Shown: positions 25,606 through 38,385, numbered from the whole stretch's first letter. The stretch is 63,278 bases of DNA, filler included, from Choristocarpus tenellus KU-1152 (GCA_964200185.2; 11 parts of 11 records of this genome joined end to end with filler, not necessarily neighbours in it); one strand, 5' to 3'. Notes: generated by a model not told the origin, from the letters alone. Program-made: numbers and translations.

Positions 25606-25758
25606 ATGTCTGGCAAGACGACTGTGATCGACTTGTTGCATAAGGCAACTGTGCTCGGACTCGTTGGTGGGTCTGCTTATGGTACCTACGTCTTAGCTGT
25701 GTTCTTCCAAGAAGCACGAAGTATTGGTGGAAGTGGAGGCGAGGAGAAAACGAAGTGA
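25606..25758 (+). CDS. COX14: Cytochrome c oxidase assembly factor COX14-like small protein (50 aa)
   Basis: MSGKTTVIDLLHKATVLGLVGGSAYGTYVLAVFFQEARSIGGSGGEEKTK*. The D-x-x-H-(K/R)-x-T-V-L-x-L-V-G-G-x-x-Y pattern with one TM matches yeast Cox14 as I recall it (DTIHRLTVLTLVGGTLY). Start context CAACAATG; putative 5'-UTR intron 25408-25585. Below the ORF-track size cutoff. Confidence 0.78.
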   Translation: MSGKTTVIDLLHKATVLGLVGGSAYGTYVLAVFFQEARSIGGSGGEEKTK

Positions 25759-26480
25759 TCGATCCAGACACCGTCTCCGCTGAAGGATCCTTGTGGGTTT
25801 TGCAAAATCTATCACTTTAGATGCATGGTTGTTTTCCGTTGCGGCATGTTGAGTCTACTCCAATCTACAATGTATTACAGCTCTTGAGAGGAATCGTGTT
25901 GAAGCCAATCTAGTATGTCAATACCGTAGAGGCTCTGAAAGCGACTTGTTTGAGAGAAACCTGGCCAGTTATGATTCATTGCCAGAAGAGAGATTAGCTT
26001 GCGTTGTGCGTTCAAGGTGTGTTCAGTATCTACAGAGTTGCACGTGATCCATCTGTAATACATTTATCACCCTTATCTACCTCTTGTCATAGGATGAACG
26101 TAAATCAATATGCAGAACGAACAGTTACACTCCCCCGGGCGAAACATGACGAAAGCAGAAGTGAGCTCTAGGTCAGAGTCAGCCCCTGCTGACTCAATGA
26201 CCAAGTTTCAACTTTTTGTTCATACCAGGTATTGATGGAAAGCAAAATAATATTTTGCCCTCACACCATCAAATGGTCTTCTTGAGAGCCAACTTGTCAC
26301 TAAAAGCACCCTTTCTACTGTTGCATACTTGTCGGAATGATGGTACTCTTGTAGTCACAAGAAAGCATGGGTGGAAGAAAGCAACGTCATTGATCGAGCC
26401 AAATCCACTCCCTGCTAATGACAAATCTGCTGATACAGAACATGGGAAGTCTGCTCTACTGGAAGGAAGTGATTTTGGAT

Positions 26481-28802
26481 TCAGACAACAAATATCTCAA
26501 CTTGCAGGTGATGAGAAAGAATGGTAGCAGCATAGAACGCTGTGGACAGCGCCAATAATGTTACTGGAGCTACCTTCAACATCCCTCCGAAGCCCTCCTG
26601 AGACAAGGGGTGGAACGAAAGCATGCAAATTGGGTAGAAGTGGAGAAAGAGGTGTTTATGCATACAAGGTCAGGATGCAAGTAATCCAATACATGGAAGA
26701 AAACGTGGTGCAGTTATGCTTAATTTGTACTGAATGATAACACTACACCATAAACAGAGCAGGTGGCACACCTGAGTTGGCGTGTGTACCTTCCCCACAC
26801 GATAGCTGGTTCAACCCATTATTCAAATACACTGCACAATGAACTACATAAAGACATTGATTTCCCAATGGTGATTTCCTGCCTTCCACAGGCTAACATC
26901 GATAGAAAAGAAACATCAATGGGACAAACAGCAAATACAGTGTGCAACACGATAATATATTATACAAGTAACAATATGTCAGTTGTGCCTTAACATCTTC
27001 ATGTTTTGATAAGGAGGCAACAGGAAGAGCAGTTCACTGGTTCAAGAAGTGATGAACGTGCTATGAAATTAGTAAGGGAATCCCACCTTTGCTTCAGAAA
27101 CAATATCCACTGGCTTCTTCTCGCCTAGCTCGTAAACAACACCGCATTGTGTGATGATGTACTGCAACCCACAGATGGAACAGGATGGGGTGGTAAGACA
27201 AAGTGGGGAAATTTGTGCTCAAAGACTAGTGAAGGATGCTGACATGCAGAAACTGCGCAAGTTCAAGAATCAAGCCAGAAATCTCTAAGCTACTACTGCA
27301 CTCCAGAGCACCCGACTCCCCACTCTCCCTGCATTAGCAGCAGGTTCCTCAACTCATGACAGCTCTCCTCGATCAGTACCAATGGTTCTCACAGAAAGAG
27401 CACTACCCTTCCTCTACTACCCACCTGGTCCTCTAGTCGCCGGCCTGTGACGTCCACACATGCTGTTGTCACAGGTGCCCCATCAGCCAGGCCCTTCTGT
27501 CCAAATACCCTCCCACAAAAGGATCCTGTTTTGACACTATCAACAACCTCTTCTTCCCACCCCTCCAGTACTGGTGGCTTTTCTCGACGAAACAAGGGCA
27601 TGGGCATCCTCAGTTAGCTGGAACTTTATGGACGGAGGTGATGAGATATTCCATTTTTAGCAGGCACATCAAAGGTGTAGGAGAAAAAGAGATCAAGCAT
27701 AAGTTTGCAATATAAATTAAATATGTGCTATAGGTGGTGTTTCTTGCTCTTCCACGATATGCTGGAGCAGCCTTCACTGCTGAAGAGTCGACTCTCCGTG
27801 AAGAACTATACGTTAACAGCAGCCTTGTGTAGTTCTCCAATCTGCACTTAAGCACAGCTATATAATAGAGCACTAATGACCCTTTGTATGAACAAACCAA
27901 AACTAATGTGCAGTTTGCCCACCTGAAGGTAAAAATCTTCAAGTTTTGGCGAACCTGGAGTTGAGTCTCCTTCCAACCGACTAGTAAGCTTCAGCCATCG
28001 CTCCCTAGCTTCTCCAGGTGTTCGGCCCATTAGCTCGGGCACTTCCCGCACCATACGTCGCCACAGCACATGTTTCCCTGAGCCCACCACGTACCTTACA
28101 TTTGGCAATGGCGCGCAACATGGGTAATTTAGTGAGAGAAACGAATGAGGTGGAGAAAGAGCATTAGGTGAATCTTGAAGCTTGGATTTTCCCTCATGAA
28201 ACTGAATGCACGGTTGGCAAAATATTTCCCACTGGGTTACAGACTGGTTATGTTGCACCATCTGTTCGTGCACACAATTTCAGGTGTCCCATGTCAACGA
28301 GCTTCGTACGGGGCGCCAACATCGAGGGCCATGGACGCGATTGGCATGGATTATGGTCTGTAGATGTCTAAGATAAAAGGAATGTTCGAACTCACCTCGA
28401 ATATGTGTCTTGAATTAACCAGTCTTCGAAATCACCCCAAGAGCAATCGCGATCCACCAGGGTCTCTCCAATATTTCCGGAGTCCCCACTCAAGGTAACC
28501 GCATGATTTCGCTCATTATCACCAGGGTCCAAACTAGCCTTTTTTAATGGACTTTCCGGCACAGAAACCTTCACCGATAATGACTGAGTTGTAATCCCAC
28601 CGGAGGAAGATGAATCGTTCAACAACGGGACAGAGGCTTCGAAACAAGATGCTCCTTTATGTTGACTCCTGCTCCCTTCCTTACGCCATGCTACAGATGG
28701 AGATGCTGGCAATCCCCATGGTGATTTGAGTAAGAAGCAATTCACGCCAACGACGACTTGGTGGGCCAGTATGAGTACCAACGCTGGGCAGGTTGGGGCC
28801 AT
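26481..28802 (-). CDS. Putative plastid-targeted protein with SANT/Myb-like repeat, a small beta-rich algal domain and a C-terminal TM helix
   Basis: Phase-compatible exons 28802-28396, 28094-27923, 27577-27425, 27161-27087, 26597-26481. Signal peptide ending VNC|F then an S-rich stretch. WGDFEDWLIQDTYSRY...LWRRMVREVPELMGRTPGEARERW has Myb/SANT Trp spacing. Then PPVLEGW...GRVFGQKGLADGAPVTT...YIITQCGVVYELG. Hydrophobic tail ends LSHHLQVEIFVV*. Confidence 0.85.
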
Positions 28803-29762
28803 TTCACCCAGATACGAAGTGGACCTTGCACAATCACTCTTTCAGAGAGCAAATCAGTAGGACTTCAACTGTATAAGCAATAATACAGGCCAGGGGGAAT
28901 GGCGGAGGATAACCCCCTCGCCAAGTCTGTTGGATGTTCACTAGCAGAGAAGCAGCAGCATTCCAGTTTTGGTTGATGAGGTGAGGATGATGCTTCCTTA
29001 CTCTTTCTCTTGGTATTTGTTCAAACAGGACATGATTTATTTTTTATTTTTCGCGTCCATCTGCCAATACCCCACCTCACCTCTTACATCTCACTCAACA
29101 CTAACACACCCCGGAAATCCTGTAGATCAGGAACGCTTTCCCACATCTCCTCTCTCCCTCGTCTGGCACCGATATTTGTTGCGACATCATGAAGGTCACG
29201 GCGTGTGTTCTTCTCGGCGGGGCCGGTGCGTTTCTTGCAAAACGAAACATGAACAGACTAGCTCCATTTTTGTGGTTACCTTCTTCGACCAAAATACATG
29301 TATTGTGATCCATTGGGAGTTGCATACCAATATTAATTAGTGTCAGAAAATGTCTTTTAGACGTATGGTCGGCGAGTCTCCGTTGAATCTTTTTACATTG
29401 CAACCGTGCGAAGGTGGCATCTAGGCACGAAGGCACCCCTTGCTTGGAATCACAACGNNNNNNNNNNNNNNNNNNNNNNNNNNNNNNNNNNNNNNNNNNN
29501 NTTAATTAATTAANNNNNNNNNNNNNNNNNNNNNNNNNNNNNNNNNNNNNNNNNNNNGGCACTTTTTTTTTTTTTTTTTCGGTCAAAACCATCCTCAATA
29601 GTACGCTCCATCCTCAATTTTGAAAATCCACAGTTAGTACAAGAGTAACAAACCAACACATGGTGGTAAGAGTGTGTGTTTGGTAGCATGAAGAGGTACA
29701 TGAACGAATGGCACTCCAATGAAACTGTGGTGACTGATGTGCATCATGCTAGAAGAGCAGCA

Positions 29763-30018
29763 CCTAAGCATCTTAGAGGGTACGAATTTTGGTCTGTTTG
29801 TCCGTTTGGGGCTTGGATTTCCACGGGTATTTTATGACATTTTCCTACTCCGATGTGTGTTTCGGAATAGATGAAATGTGTACGTTATGAAAGGGTGTGT
29901 TCGGAACAGGTATATTGACGCTTCCTAACAAACACGATAGTCAAAATTACATCAAAATCGGAACATTGAATTTTGGGTTCAAATGGAGGCGACTCTACCC
30001 TCTCAGATACTTTGACTC
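29763..30018 (+). mobile_element. MITE family C (~255 bp); other copies 58217-58469 (-) and 60148-60405 (+)
   Basis: TIRs AAAGTATCTTAGAG(G)GTA ... TACCCTCT(A/C)AGATACTTTG. The three copies align end to end (e.g. TGACACTTCCTAACAAACACGATA, ATGACATTTTCCTA). Confidence 0.85.
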
Positions 30019-33000
30019 TGTTGATTCTTCATGTGTCCCTCTTTCCATGTGTACTATGTAATAAGGGGTGTTTTGGATTGAATAGAGCCAGTATGAACCT
30101 GATTTTCTTTCTGCCCTTACCCTTCTTCCCACAGGACCTGGCGATTTGTGACGATGGTGCTAACAACGTCCTATTCAAGGTATTTGGGGTTGATTTGTAA
30201 TGCCGGGGTTTCTCTTAATTACCTATTAGATAGTGGAGCTTCTAGTCAACTTTTTCCTCCAGTGTCTTTCCTCCTGGTGCTGCTCCGGCACTGTGGCTGT
30301 GAAGCAAGGAGCCGAAGTAAACAATAGGTATCCAGTTTTTGACCGTTTTGCATTTAAGGCTAAGTTTTACCAATCTTCCGCAATTCACTCATATTTCTAT
30401 GGATGAAATGCCAAGTTTGACTTCGGAGCGTTTGATCTCTCTATTGTTTGAAAATTTTCTAGAGGATTCAGAAAAATTTCAATACGCATTAAAAAACAAA
30501 TTTGACCCAAAGAATCTGGGAGGGGGGGNNNNNNNNNAAAAAATAAAAAACAAAAAAAAAAAAAAATTGACCCAAAAGAAGTGGGGGGGGGGGGGGGGGG
30601 TCTATAGCATGGTGTCCATTTGGGTCAAATCAGGAGAAGTGCATTTACAGTAACCATCCGACGCATGCAATAAAATCACCCAAAAATCGTGACATGAAAA
30701 TATTGACCCCAAATGGACAGTCGCCACCCCCTCACAGATACTTTGGGCCTTTTGCACATATTTGTCCGCATCCTTAAAATGTAACCCTGGGTAGCTCTCG
30801 CTTACTTTTGGCTCAGACGTATTGTTCTATTTTTCTACTAGCACAGTCTCCACAGACTTTACCCAGGCACCCCCTTCGCCTAGAACACACAAACCCCCCC
30901 AGTGCTCTTCCCCCTGTTGCTACTTCAGCATGCAAATTGGCAAATGTTTTTTCCTTTGTCATTCAGTACAGCCCCCATGGTTCTAACCAGGCACAATCCC
31001 CCCTCTGTTCCTTTCCTGTTGGGACTACTAGAGCAAAGTGGCCCCTAACTGGCGCATCCTTTGTTCCTCTTTCCCCCACACACCAAGCCCCTCCTGTTTT
31101 TCACTGAAGGCACTGCACCCTGTGCTACCCCATTAGGGCTCTGTAGTTGTTGCAGGTGAGACTCACAAGTACTGAACAGGATAATTTCTTGACAGGATTG
31201 TCACACCATGTTTATCTGAGTGCGTATAGTTCCCAAGATGGGTGTGATATTGTTGGCAAATCGTTGATAAACGATTTCAACCTGAGGTGGAGGGAGCAAG
31301 AATGCGGGAGGATGTTCCAAGGGCACACAGGAAAGAAATTTACACCACATGATAGACTGAGGTGCAGATATGAACACAGCAACATAAGTGGAGCACGGGT
31401 CACACTCCCACTTCAGTCCCTATGATCCCACAGGTTCAACCACCAACGTGTTGCATGTGTTGGAAGGTTCAATAAGTTACCCCCATGTGGCCACATAGAC
31501 CTTACACGACAACCTCACGTTGTACATTTTGAATGGCAGGAGGTAGTTTGCAAGAAGAGTTTTCCTTGGGACGATGGTCAACAAATGCACTTTCTGGCAT
31601 ATTATGAGGGATGGCGTTGACCTGGGAATAATGAGTGCAAACAGAGGGGCAAACAGTGATAGATTGCTAACAAATATTAGTCACAGAGGGCACAGAGTGC
31701 AAAGCAAGTCAGACATCCCTGAGGGATACTCACTAGTTCCGCGTGCGACATCAGGTTCAAGCAAAGGCAACTGCCCCTATGCAATGCCTTGGGCTATGAT
31801 CGTGGAAAAGTGAAGAGAACATGCAGGTCAATGTCGGGCAGTCTATGGCATGAACCTACAAAATTCTTGCACTACACAGTACCAAAATAGTTCCATACCT
31901 GGCTAAATTCTGTCATGACAAGGATCTGGTTGGGTACCATACGCAGATTCTGTTTGGTGTTGCCCCTGCGTGACACTCTGGCACATTTTACAGATTCTCT
32001 CCACTTTGCAAATACGATACCGTTAGATACTACTCTGAAGAGGTGAAAAGCTATGGATATCCGTAACTATCATCGTAAGGCCCCCCTTTCCTTCTGTTTA
32101 AAGTACTGTGTAGTCATGAACTTCTCCATATTGACTTCACTCAAGAATTCTGGATTGTTTGCTACAAAGATCAAAGGCAAATAATAATGTCACACTCCAC
32201 CACCCACCAACACCCATAGGTCTTTCCCACTGACTTCATGACCTCCCACCTAGTTACGTTTGAAGGGGAAGGGAAGACCTTCCCAACCCCAACAACCCAG
32301 CTTACCTCCCTGTCGAACAGAATTTTCTACTAAATACAAAGTACAACCGAGAACAAAAAGAAAATGAAAACCAACCAAATCACAACAACAAAGCCCCTCT
32401 CTCCCCCCACACATGAGCAACATGGAGAAGAGGAGAGAAAGTTTCTCAACAGTGACTCTCTCCATCTAACTTTACTTATATTCCCATTCACTGTATCTGT
32501 CACCCCTCCTCTCGAAATCTCTCTCATTTGGTGTGACCGCTCCAGGCCATCATCAAAATGCTCTATTGAACTACCACTCTCCTAATCTACCACCATGTCA
32601 GAAAGAATTCCCCCACGATCATCACAAAACTCAGAATCTTAGAAACCCTCACCTTTATTTCTACGTATCTCTGTAGCTACTTGAAGATATAAAAAAAAGA
32701 TACATTGTTCACGTCAGAGGTGCTGACTTTTGCTCTTGACGTGTGCACAAGCCAACAGCAAACCTTCCAAACAATATGAGACCTTTGTCTTGAGCCGGCT
32801 CTAATCTCCTCTCTACACTACCACTCTTTTAACCTCATGTATCTCCTCTCATCGATTTGTGCATTTAGGTACTAATGTTCCTTGTGTACTCTACTGCACT
32901 GTATAGAAAGATACAGCACTTTCTTTATACAGAAGTTGTTCATGGAGGGTGCCCAAGCTGCAGGGTGCCTCCATATATAGAGAGCGTCATGGAGAGGATT

Positions 33001-34791
33001 AAAAAAACGGCAGGGTTTCAACATCATTGGCTCAAAGGTGCTTTGTGTCACAAATCATAGAAGAAAGGGGTAGGTGCCTCAATACTCTGACACCACTGCC
33101 ATCTACTCTCATTTACTCTCTCTCTGCCACAAGCCAAGGCCGTAACAATCAGACTACACTCTCAATCCTCACACCTCTCATCCCTCTGTGCCTTACACAC
33201 AGCAGGCCCACGCGCTTTTGGCAGGGCCAATTTATATAGTAATTCTTCCTCGCAACTCTTTAGATATTCAACACCTTCTCGAAAGGGATAATGGGTTAGG
33301 GGTTTGTCTCGGTTACGATGAAGTGGTGTCTGGCCATTAAGACTTCATTTCAATCCAGTACATTGAGAGTGTTAAGAGCGTAAATAATCTAGACTCCAGA
33401 TTCTTCTGATTCAACATGCTAATTTTTCTAGTATCACACAACTTGAGTTATGCCAAAAAACGCAAGAAAGGATCATTCCTAACAGCACACAATACACGTC
33501 ACCTTTGCTGAATCGAACAGAAAACTCACTTTTTACATCAATAATAATAACAATGAGTGAAAGTGAAACACAAGAATAAGTATTTCAAATAGCACATTTT
33601 GTCAATAAGATCTTTGTGTTTCATGTGCTATTATTCATCAAAAGCATGAATTATCCCTCTAACTGAACAATTGTCACGGAGACCTGTCGTTAGGAAAGAT
33701 AAAAATCTCCTCTGTAACACTGGTTTTGGAAAGAGAAAACTACATGACAGATGCCACTGCTAGCAAACTCTTCACGAAAAAATTGTCAATTAGAAAAAGA
33801 TGCCAAACATTTCAAAAGTTCAGTGCCACTCTGCTTTGTTCTGTACCAAGCAGTAGCAGCATCATTTGTCGCTCTAGGGCTTCCAGCACGATCTCTGAGG
33901 TATATGGTCCGTTCCAAACAATAATACATAATAATCTACCCCCAACATATCAATATATCACAAGAGATTGGTTATGTGGTTTATGTCAACCATTATGCTA
34001 TTGTAAGGCTCAGGTCATGTGTGACTGGTGAGATGTCATCTTTGGTGAATGCATAATCACTTCAAATCATGACTACATTATTCCAGGCTTAAAAGAAGTA
34101 TGATCCAAACTTCTCCTTTTCCTCCAGATCACATTTCAACACCACTTTGGGAGTCCTAAGGCTGTCAACATGGTCCTTGTTTCGCTATGTGTGGCATGTA
34201 GATTTTGTAGTGAGGAATATGTCAGGATTAGCTAAGGATCAAAGTCAGGAGGTGATGATGCAATGTTGGTACTTACTAGATTCTTGCCCCTCACGCAATT
34301 GATTGTGTTGATGGACCGCATCATCTTCTCTGTTGATATTTTTCTCCTCGAGAAATCAAGAGTGCTCTACTCCTCACTGGGTGTTCACAGGTGCTCATTC
34401 ACAGCCATCCCATCAGAACAGTCCATGTTTAATATCATCCACAAGGATAAGCCATTCCTTGAAAATTGAGATTAAAAAACAACTGTGCTTACTCAAAGTA
34501 GAACTCTTCCGATTGTGTGCCTTCTAACAAACTATACCCTACACAAACCGGTCTTATCAACCAGTATTGCACAGCAGTATGTATAAGTTCCGGCATGTTG
34601 CTCTACACAATCACACTCACAACAGGTATAACATGCAACAATAACAGGTATTTCACAATATTTGCCTATACTGAATATGTTCAGATCAATCCACCCACGG
34701 ACTATACGTTCCATCACCAAACTCAATGCTTTACAAACACAGCCACACGACCAAAACATAAACAGGAGAAAAATCGACGAAATTTTTTCTT

Positions 34792-36210
34792 TCAATGAGA
34801 CTGTACTGATTCCTCTTGGTCCTCTCCATCCCCACCTCGTTCTGTATTTCCCCCTTCTTCAACAAAGACACCACCTCGTCTCCTCATAGTCTCCCTGAAC
34901 ATCATTGTTGCAAGCAGCATGCTGAGCACTGTCATTTGGCCGTAAACGCGGGTAACCATCACCTTTTGACTGAACTTTAGGTGTCCTTCGTTCCTCAATG
35001 ACCATGCAATATATCCCACTGCAGGAACCCCCATTAACCCTTCGCAAAATGCAAGGACGGCACCAAGATGGAGACAGAGCACGAGTTGATGGCAGCATCA
35101 ATATCACTTTGCAATCATGCTGAACGGTACGATTATTTAAAAATCAGAAAATCGTGTGCCAGCATTGCCCCCACAATAAGAATATCACCACAGAACAGAG
35201 GTCTTTCCCACATCCACGTTCAAAAAAGTTATTATTCGATACATTGGTATTGAAGTTTGATCTCTTGAAATAAAACATCGAAAATTACGAATGAGGGTGT
35301 TTGTTACCAGCAAATTACGTCTATTTTTTTATACTCATACCTAGCATTTGGAACGGATGATCGTAAAAGCGGTTTGCCGTCTTGTGGTACCACTTCAGCT
35401 TGCCCAACCCCGACACTAACTCTTCTCGACCTCCCATGTCCTCATGTGATAAGAGGCCGTAAGCCCCGGGGTTCAGGTTCGCGCGGTGCATTGTCTGCTC
35501 GGTCTTGAGCATGTAAAAGAAGAGGAAAGGAGAGATGGAGAGGGCGACCTTCGCACTGACATTGGTTGACTTCTGAAACCTGTAAAACAACAGTCCATAC
35601 CATTTAGAGGTACAATGGAAGAGGAACCGTTTGCATCAACTTAACGTGCGACGTCATGCACGATATGCTGTGACCATGTTCAATACGGAAGGGAAGAGAA
35701 TAGTCCACTTCTAACAATGTGCTGGCGGAGGTTATAGACTCTTTTTAACCCAAATTGGGAGTGCACGACCTGCAAGTTGGCGATTTCTTGGAGATATATG
35801 AGAAGGACACACATGCTCGTAGGTACTAACGAGATATTGACTAACGAACACAAACATTCGTGCACAGACAACATACGTGTTCTACCCCATGGCATAGCCT
35901 CACCAAGGCGACAATCGATTAGCTGCAAGGACTCCCATGGTGGACAAACCCCCAGCAAGAAGACCGTACTTGAGACCTAAGCGGTAAAGTAGGGTGGAGC
36001 GGAGATTATTATTTCTCACACACGATAATAAATCTTATATCAGACGGCTGTACTGTCTTCCAGGGGGGCATCTGTCTCATATCTGACCATGCTAGGACGA
36101 CCAACAGTCATCATCGGATGCCCAAGTTCGGGCAACCCACCTTCGACTTGTGCTAGGTGCAGCACACGTGACCTTTTGACAGCAGAGTCCATGCCTTGAA
36201 GGTGAGCCAT
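34792..36210 (-). CDS. HIG1-domain (hypoxia-induced gene 1 / Rcf2-like) mitochondrial inner-membrane protein
   Basis: Phase-compatible exons 36210(or 36192)-36141, 35976-35904, 35579-35341, 35039-34792 give MDSAVKRSRVLHLAQVEGLKYGLLAGG...NRLSPWFQKSTNVSAKVALSISPFLFFY...YDHPFQMLGLMGVPAVGYI...LKFSQKVMVTRVYGQMTVL. Four hydrophobic segments and a QxxMxxRVxxQ HIG1-type motif. Confidence 0.85.
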
Positions 36211-36524
36211 TAGAGTATATGTCCCCACTAACACGTGTCCAGGAAACAATGACGATACCGTAATACCTCTGGTTAGATGTAAGTTGTCCTTATCAGGTGT
36301 AGTTGTGTCTTCTAAAAACAATTTGTGGTTATTTGTTTGGAGCCAGTTTTTGTACTGACTTTCCTCTTCCCTCAAATTACCACCTACAATAAATACAGGA
36401 AAAATATTTCTTCGATTTTTTCCAACATCCCCAAATATACATATTTTGGTCCCACAATATTTGACAAAGGGGAAGTTTATGAGGTAATCTGAGTTTCGTG
36501 GATAGATAGGAGAATTCGGTAGGA

Positions 36525-36815
36525 TATACACCTTCTTTGCGGTGGAAAGTTTTGGGCGCCTTGGCAAGCAAGCAGAATGATTCCTGGATGAGCTGGCTGC
36601 TACCCACATAGTAGGAGGGAGAGGAGCGGGAGGATATGGCAGGAAGGAGTAGTTAAATCCAGGCTACGCCAAATTGTTTCGGTGACTACGCAAGTGGCAC
36701 TGTCTCGACGTGTCATCATGCGCTTCAAACTAGAGTCACCAGGGAGATGGGCACAGAGGGGTTTGTTGGATTCTTGGGATGCTTCCCTAGCTCCCCCCCC
36801 CCGGGGCGCAGGAGT
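36525..36815 (+). mobile_element. Family A CRE-like fragment (end of RLE domain and ORF C-terminus)
   Basis: FAVESFGRLGKQAE*FLDELAATHIVGGRGAGGYGRK, then (frameshift) RLRQIVSVTTQVALSRRV. Typical tail of RLE-bearing CRE-clade ORFs; truncated by the contig end. Confidence 0.8.
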
Positions 36816-36915
36816 NNNNNNNNNNNNNNNNNNNNNNNNNNNNNNNNNNNNNNNNNNNNTTAATTAATTAANNNNNNNNNNNNNNNNNNNNNNNNNNNNN
36901 NNNNNNNNNNNNNNN

Positions 36916-37808
36916 GTGGGTGGGGTGAACGATGGAGCAGGGGTGGGGAGTGGGGGGGCGTCTTCGTCAGGGATAGGTGTGGCTTATGGGGGCGGGGGTG
37001 GGGGGGCAGCAAAGGTGGGCCGGGGAGGGCGAGGGGACTATTGTTCTACCTTCTTTTTCTTTTTCTTTTTTTCTTTTGGTAGTTTAATTTTTTTGCCTGT
37101 TTGCGTGTATGTGAGTGTGTATGTGTGTGTGTGTTTTTTGTTTTTTTTGTACAGTTGATGTGTTTGATTGGTTGATTGGTGTGCGTAGGCTGTGGCAAGA
37201 AAATGGCATGTTATAAAGGGAAGGGATACAATTCGATCTGATCTTGAACAGGAGCAAAGTTATTTTTTATTTTTTATTTTTTATTTTATTTGTGCAGAGA
37301 GGGAATGTGACTAGACTGTGTGTATGATGGCCTAGGGTATTGTACTGTATTTGAAATGGTGAAAGTTTGATACTTGTATGTATGCTGCTATTAGAATAGA
37401 ACTATGTTGTGGTACAGCTTATAATTATTATTGTTACTATCATTTAAATTTTTATCATTACTATTATTTATACTCTTTTTATCATTATTATAATCATTTC
37501 ATTACTTATTATTATTATTGCTATTGTTATTTTAATTTTAATTGTTATTGTCAGTATTATTATTATTATTATTATTATTGTTATCATTGTTATACTTTAT
37601 TTTTTGGCATTGTTTTGTGTATGTCTCAGGTTCATTATGAAATGTATACATTTTTTTGTCACTAAATAGAGGTATACCTCGTTGCCTGTCTCTTATTATT
37701 GCTCTGGCAGGCTCTGGCCTATCAACTGCACCTGAGAGGGTTTCCGTATGTGTCCATTTTGGAGGGGGGGTTTGAAGGCATCCTCGATTACCTCTCAGAG
37801 ACAGCCAG
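36916..37808 (+). CDS. Two internal exons of a rhodanese-like domain protein (partial gene)
   Basis: Gly-rich exon ending ...GGAAK|gtgggc at 37014 splices in phase to 37711-37808 (ctggcag|ALAYQLHLRGFPYVSILEGGFEGILDYLSETAR|gt). AxxLxxxGFxxVxxLxGGF is the rhodanese C-terminal signature. Confidence 0.6.
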
Positions 37809-38385
37809 GTTGGGAGGGAGGGGATCCGTTTTTAGTTTTTTTTTTTCAGTGTAAGGGATTTTTTTTATAGTGAGATACACACATCTTTTTGGTTTGATGA
37901 TATTTTTATATTTTTATGTTTTTATGAGTAGAGTAACTGATAGAGATGGTAAGAGTCGGTGGAATGGTTGTATGGTGTAAAAAAAGAAGTGATTATATAT
38001 ATTTGGGTAATGGTTATGTTTATGATTATGATTATGATTGTCATTATGATTATGATTATGATTGTGATGATAATGTCAGTGGTTCATCAATGCATGAGTG
38101 GTATTTATTACACCATTGTACTGAAATGTCAACCCTTCAATGTGTAGTCGGTGGAGTCGGTGACAAATTTTATTTTTATTTTACATATTAGATTGACTGT
38201 TGACAGATCGACTGTGTTTGCTTATTATTATTGTTATTTTTTTATTATCATTATTAATTTTGTTGATACTACACTATAATTGCTATTATTATTATTATTG
38301 TTATTTCTATTTGTATTATTATTATTATTTTTATTATTATTATTGTTATTTCTATTCGTATTATTATTATTATTATTATTTATTG
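37420..38385. repeat. Degenerate (TAT)n/(TATGAT)n microsatellite tracts (37420-37600, 38020-38070, 38220-38385); also (ATT)n at 45136-45218
   Basis: Direct inspection. These tracts produce the spurious poly-Y/poly-I ORFs. Confidence 0.9.

Noticed and set aside
25606-36210. COX14-like and HIG1/Rcf2-like genes as a complex IV assembly cluster
   Set aside because: They are on different contigs separated by an artificial linker.
36040-36609. 189-aa minus-strand ORF as one gene
   Set aside because: Composite of antisense retrotransposon sequence, upstream DNA, the short HIG1 first exon and intron.
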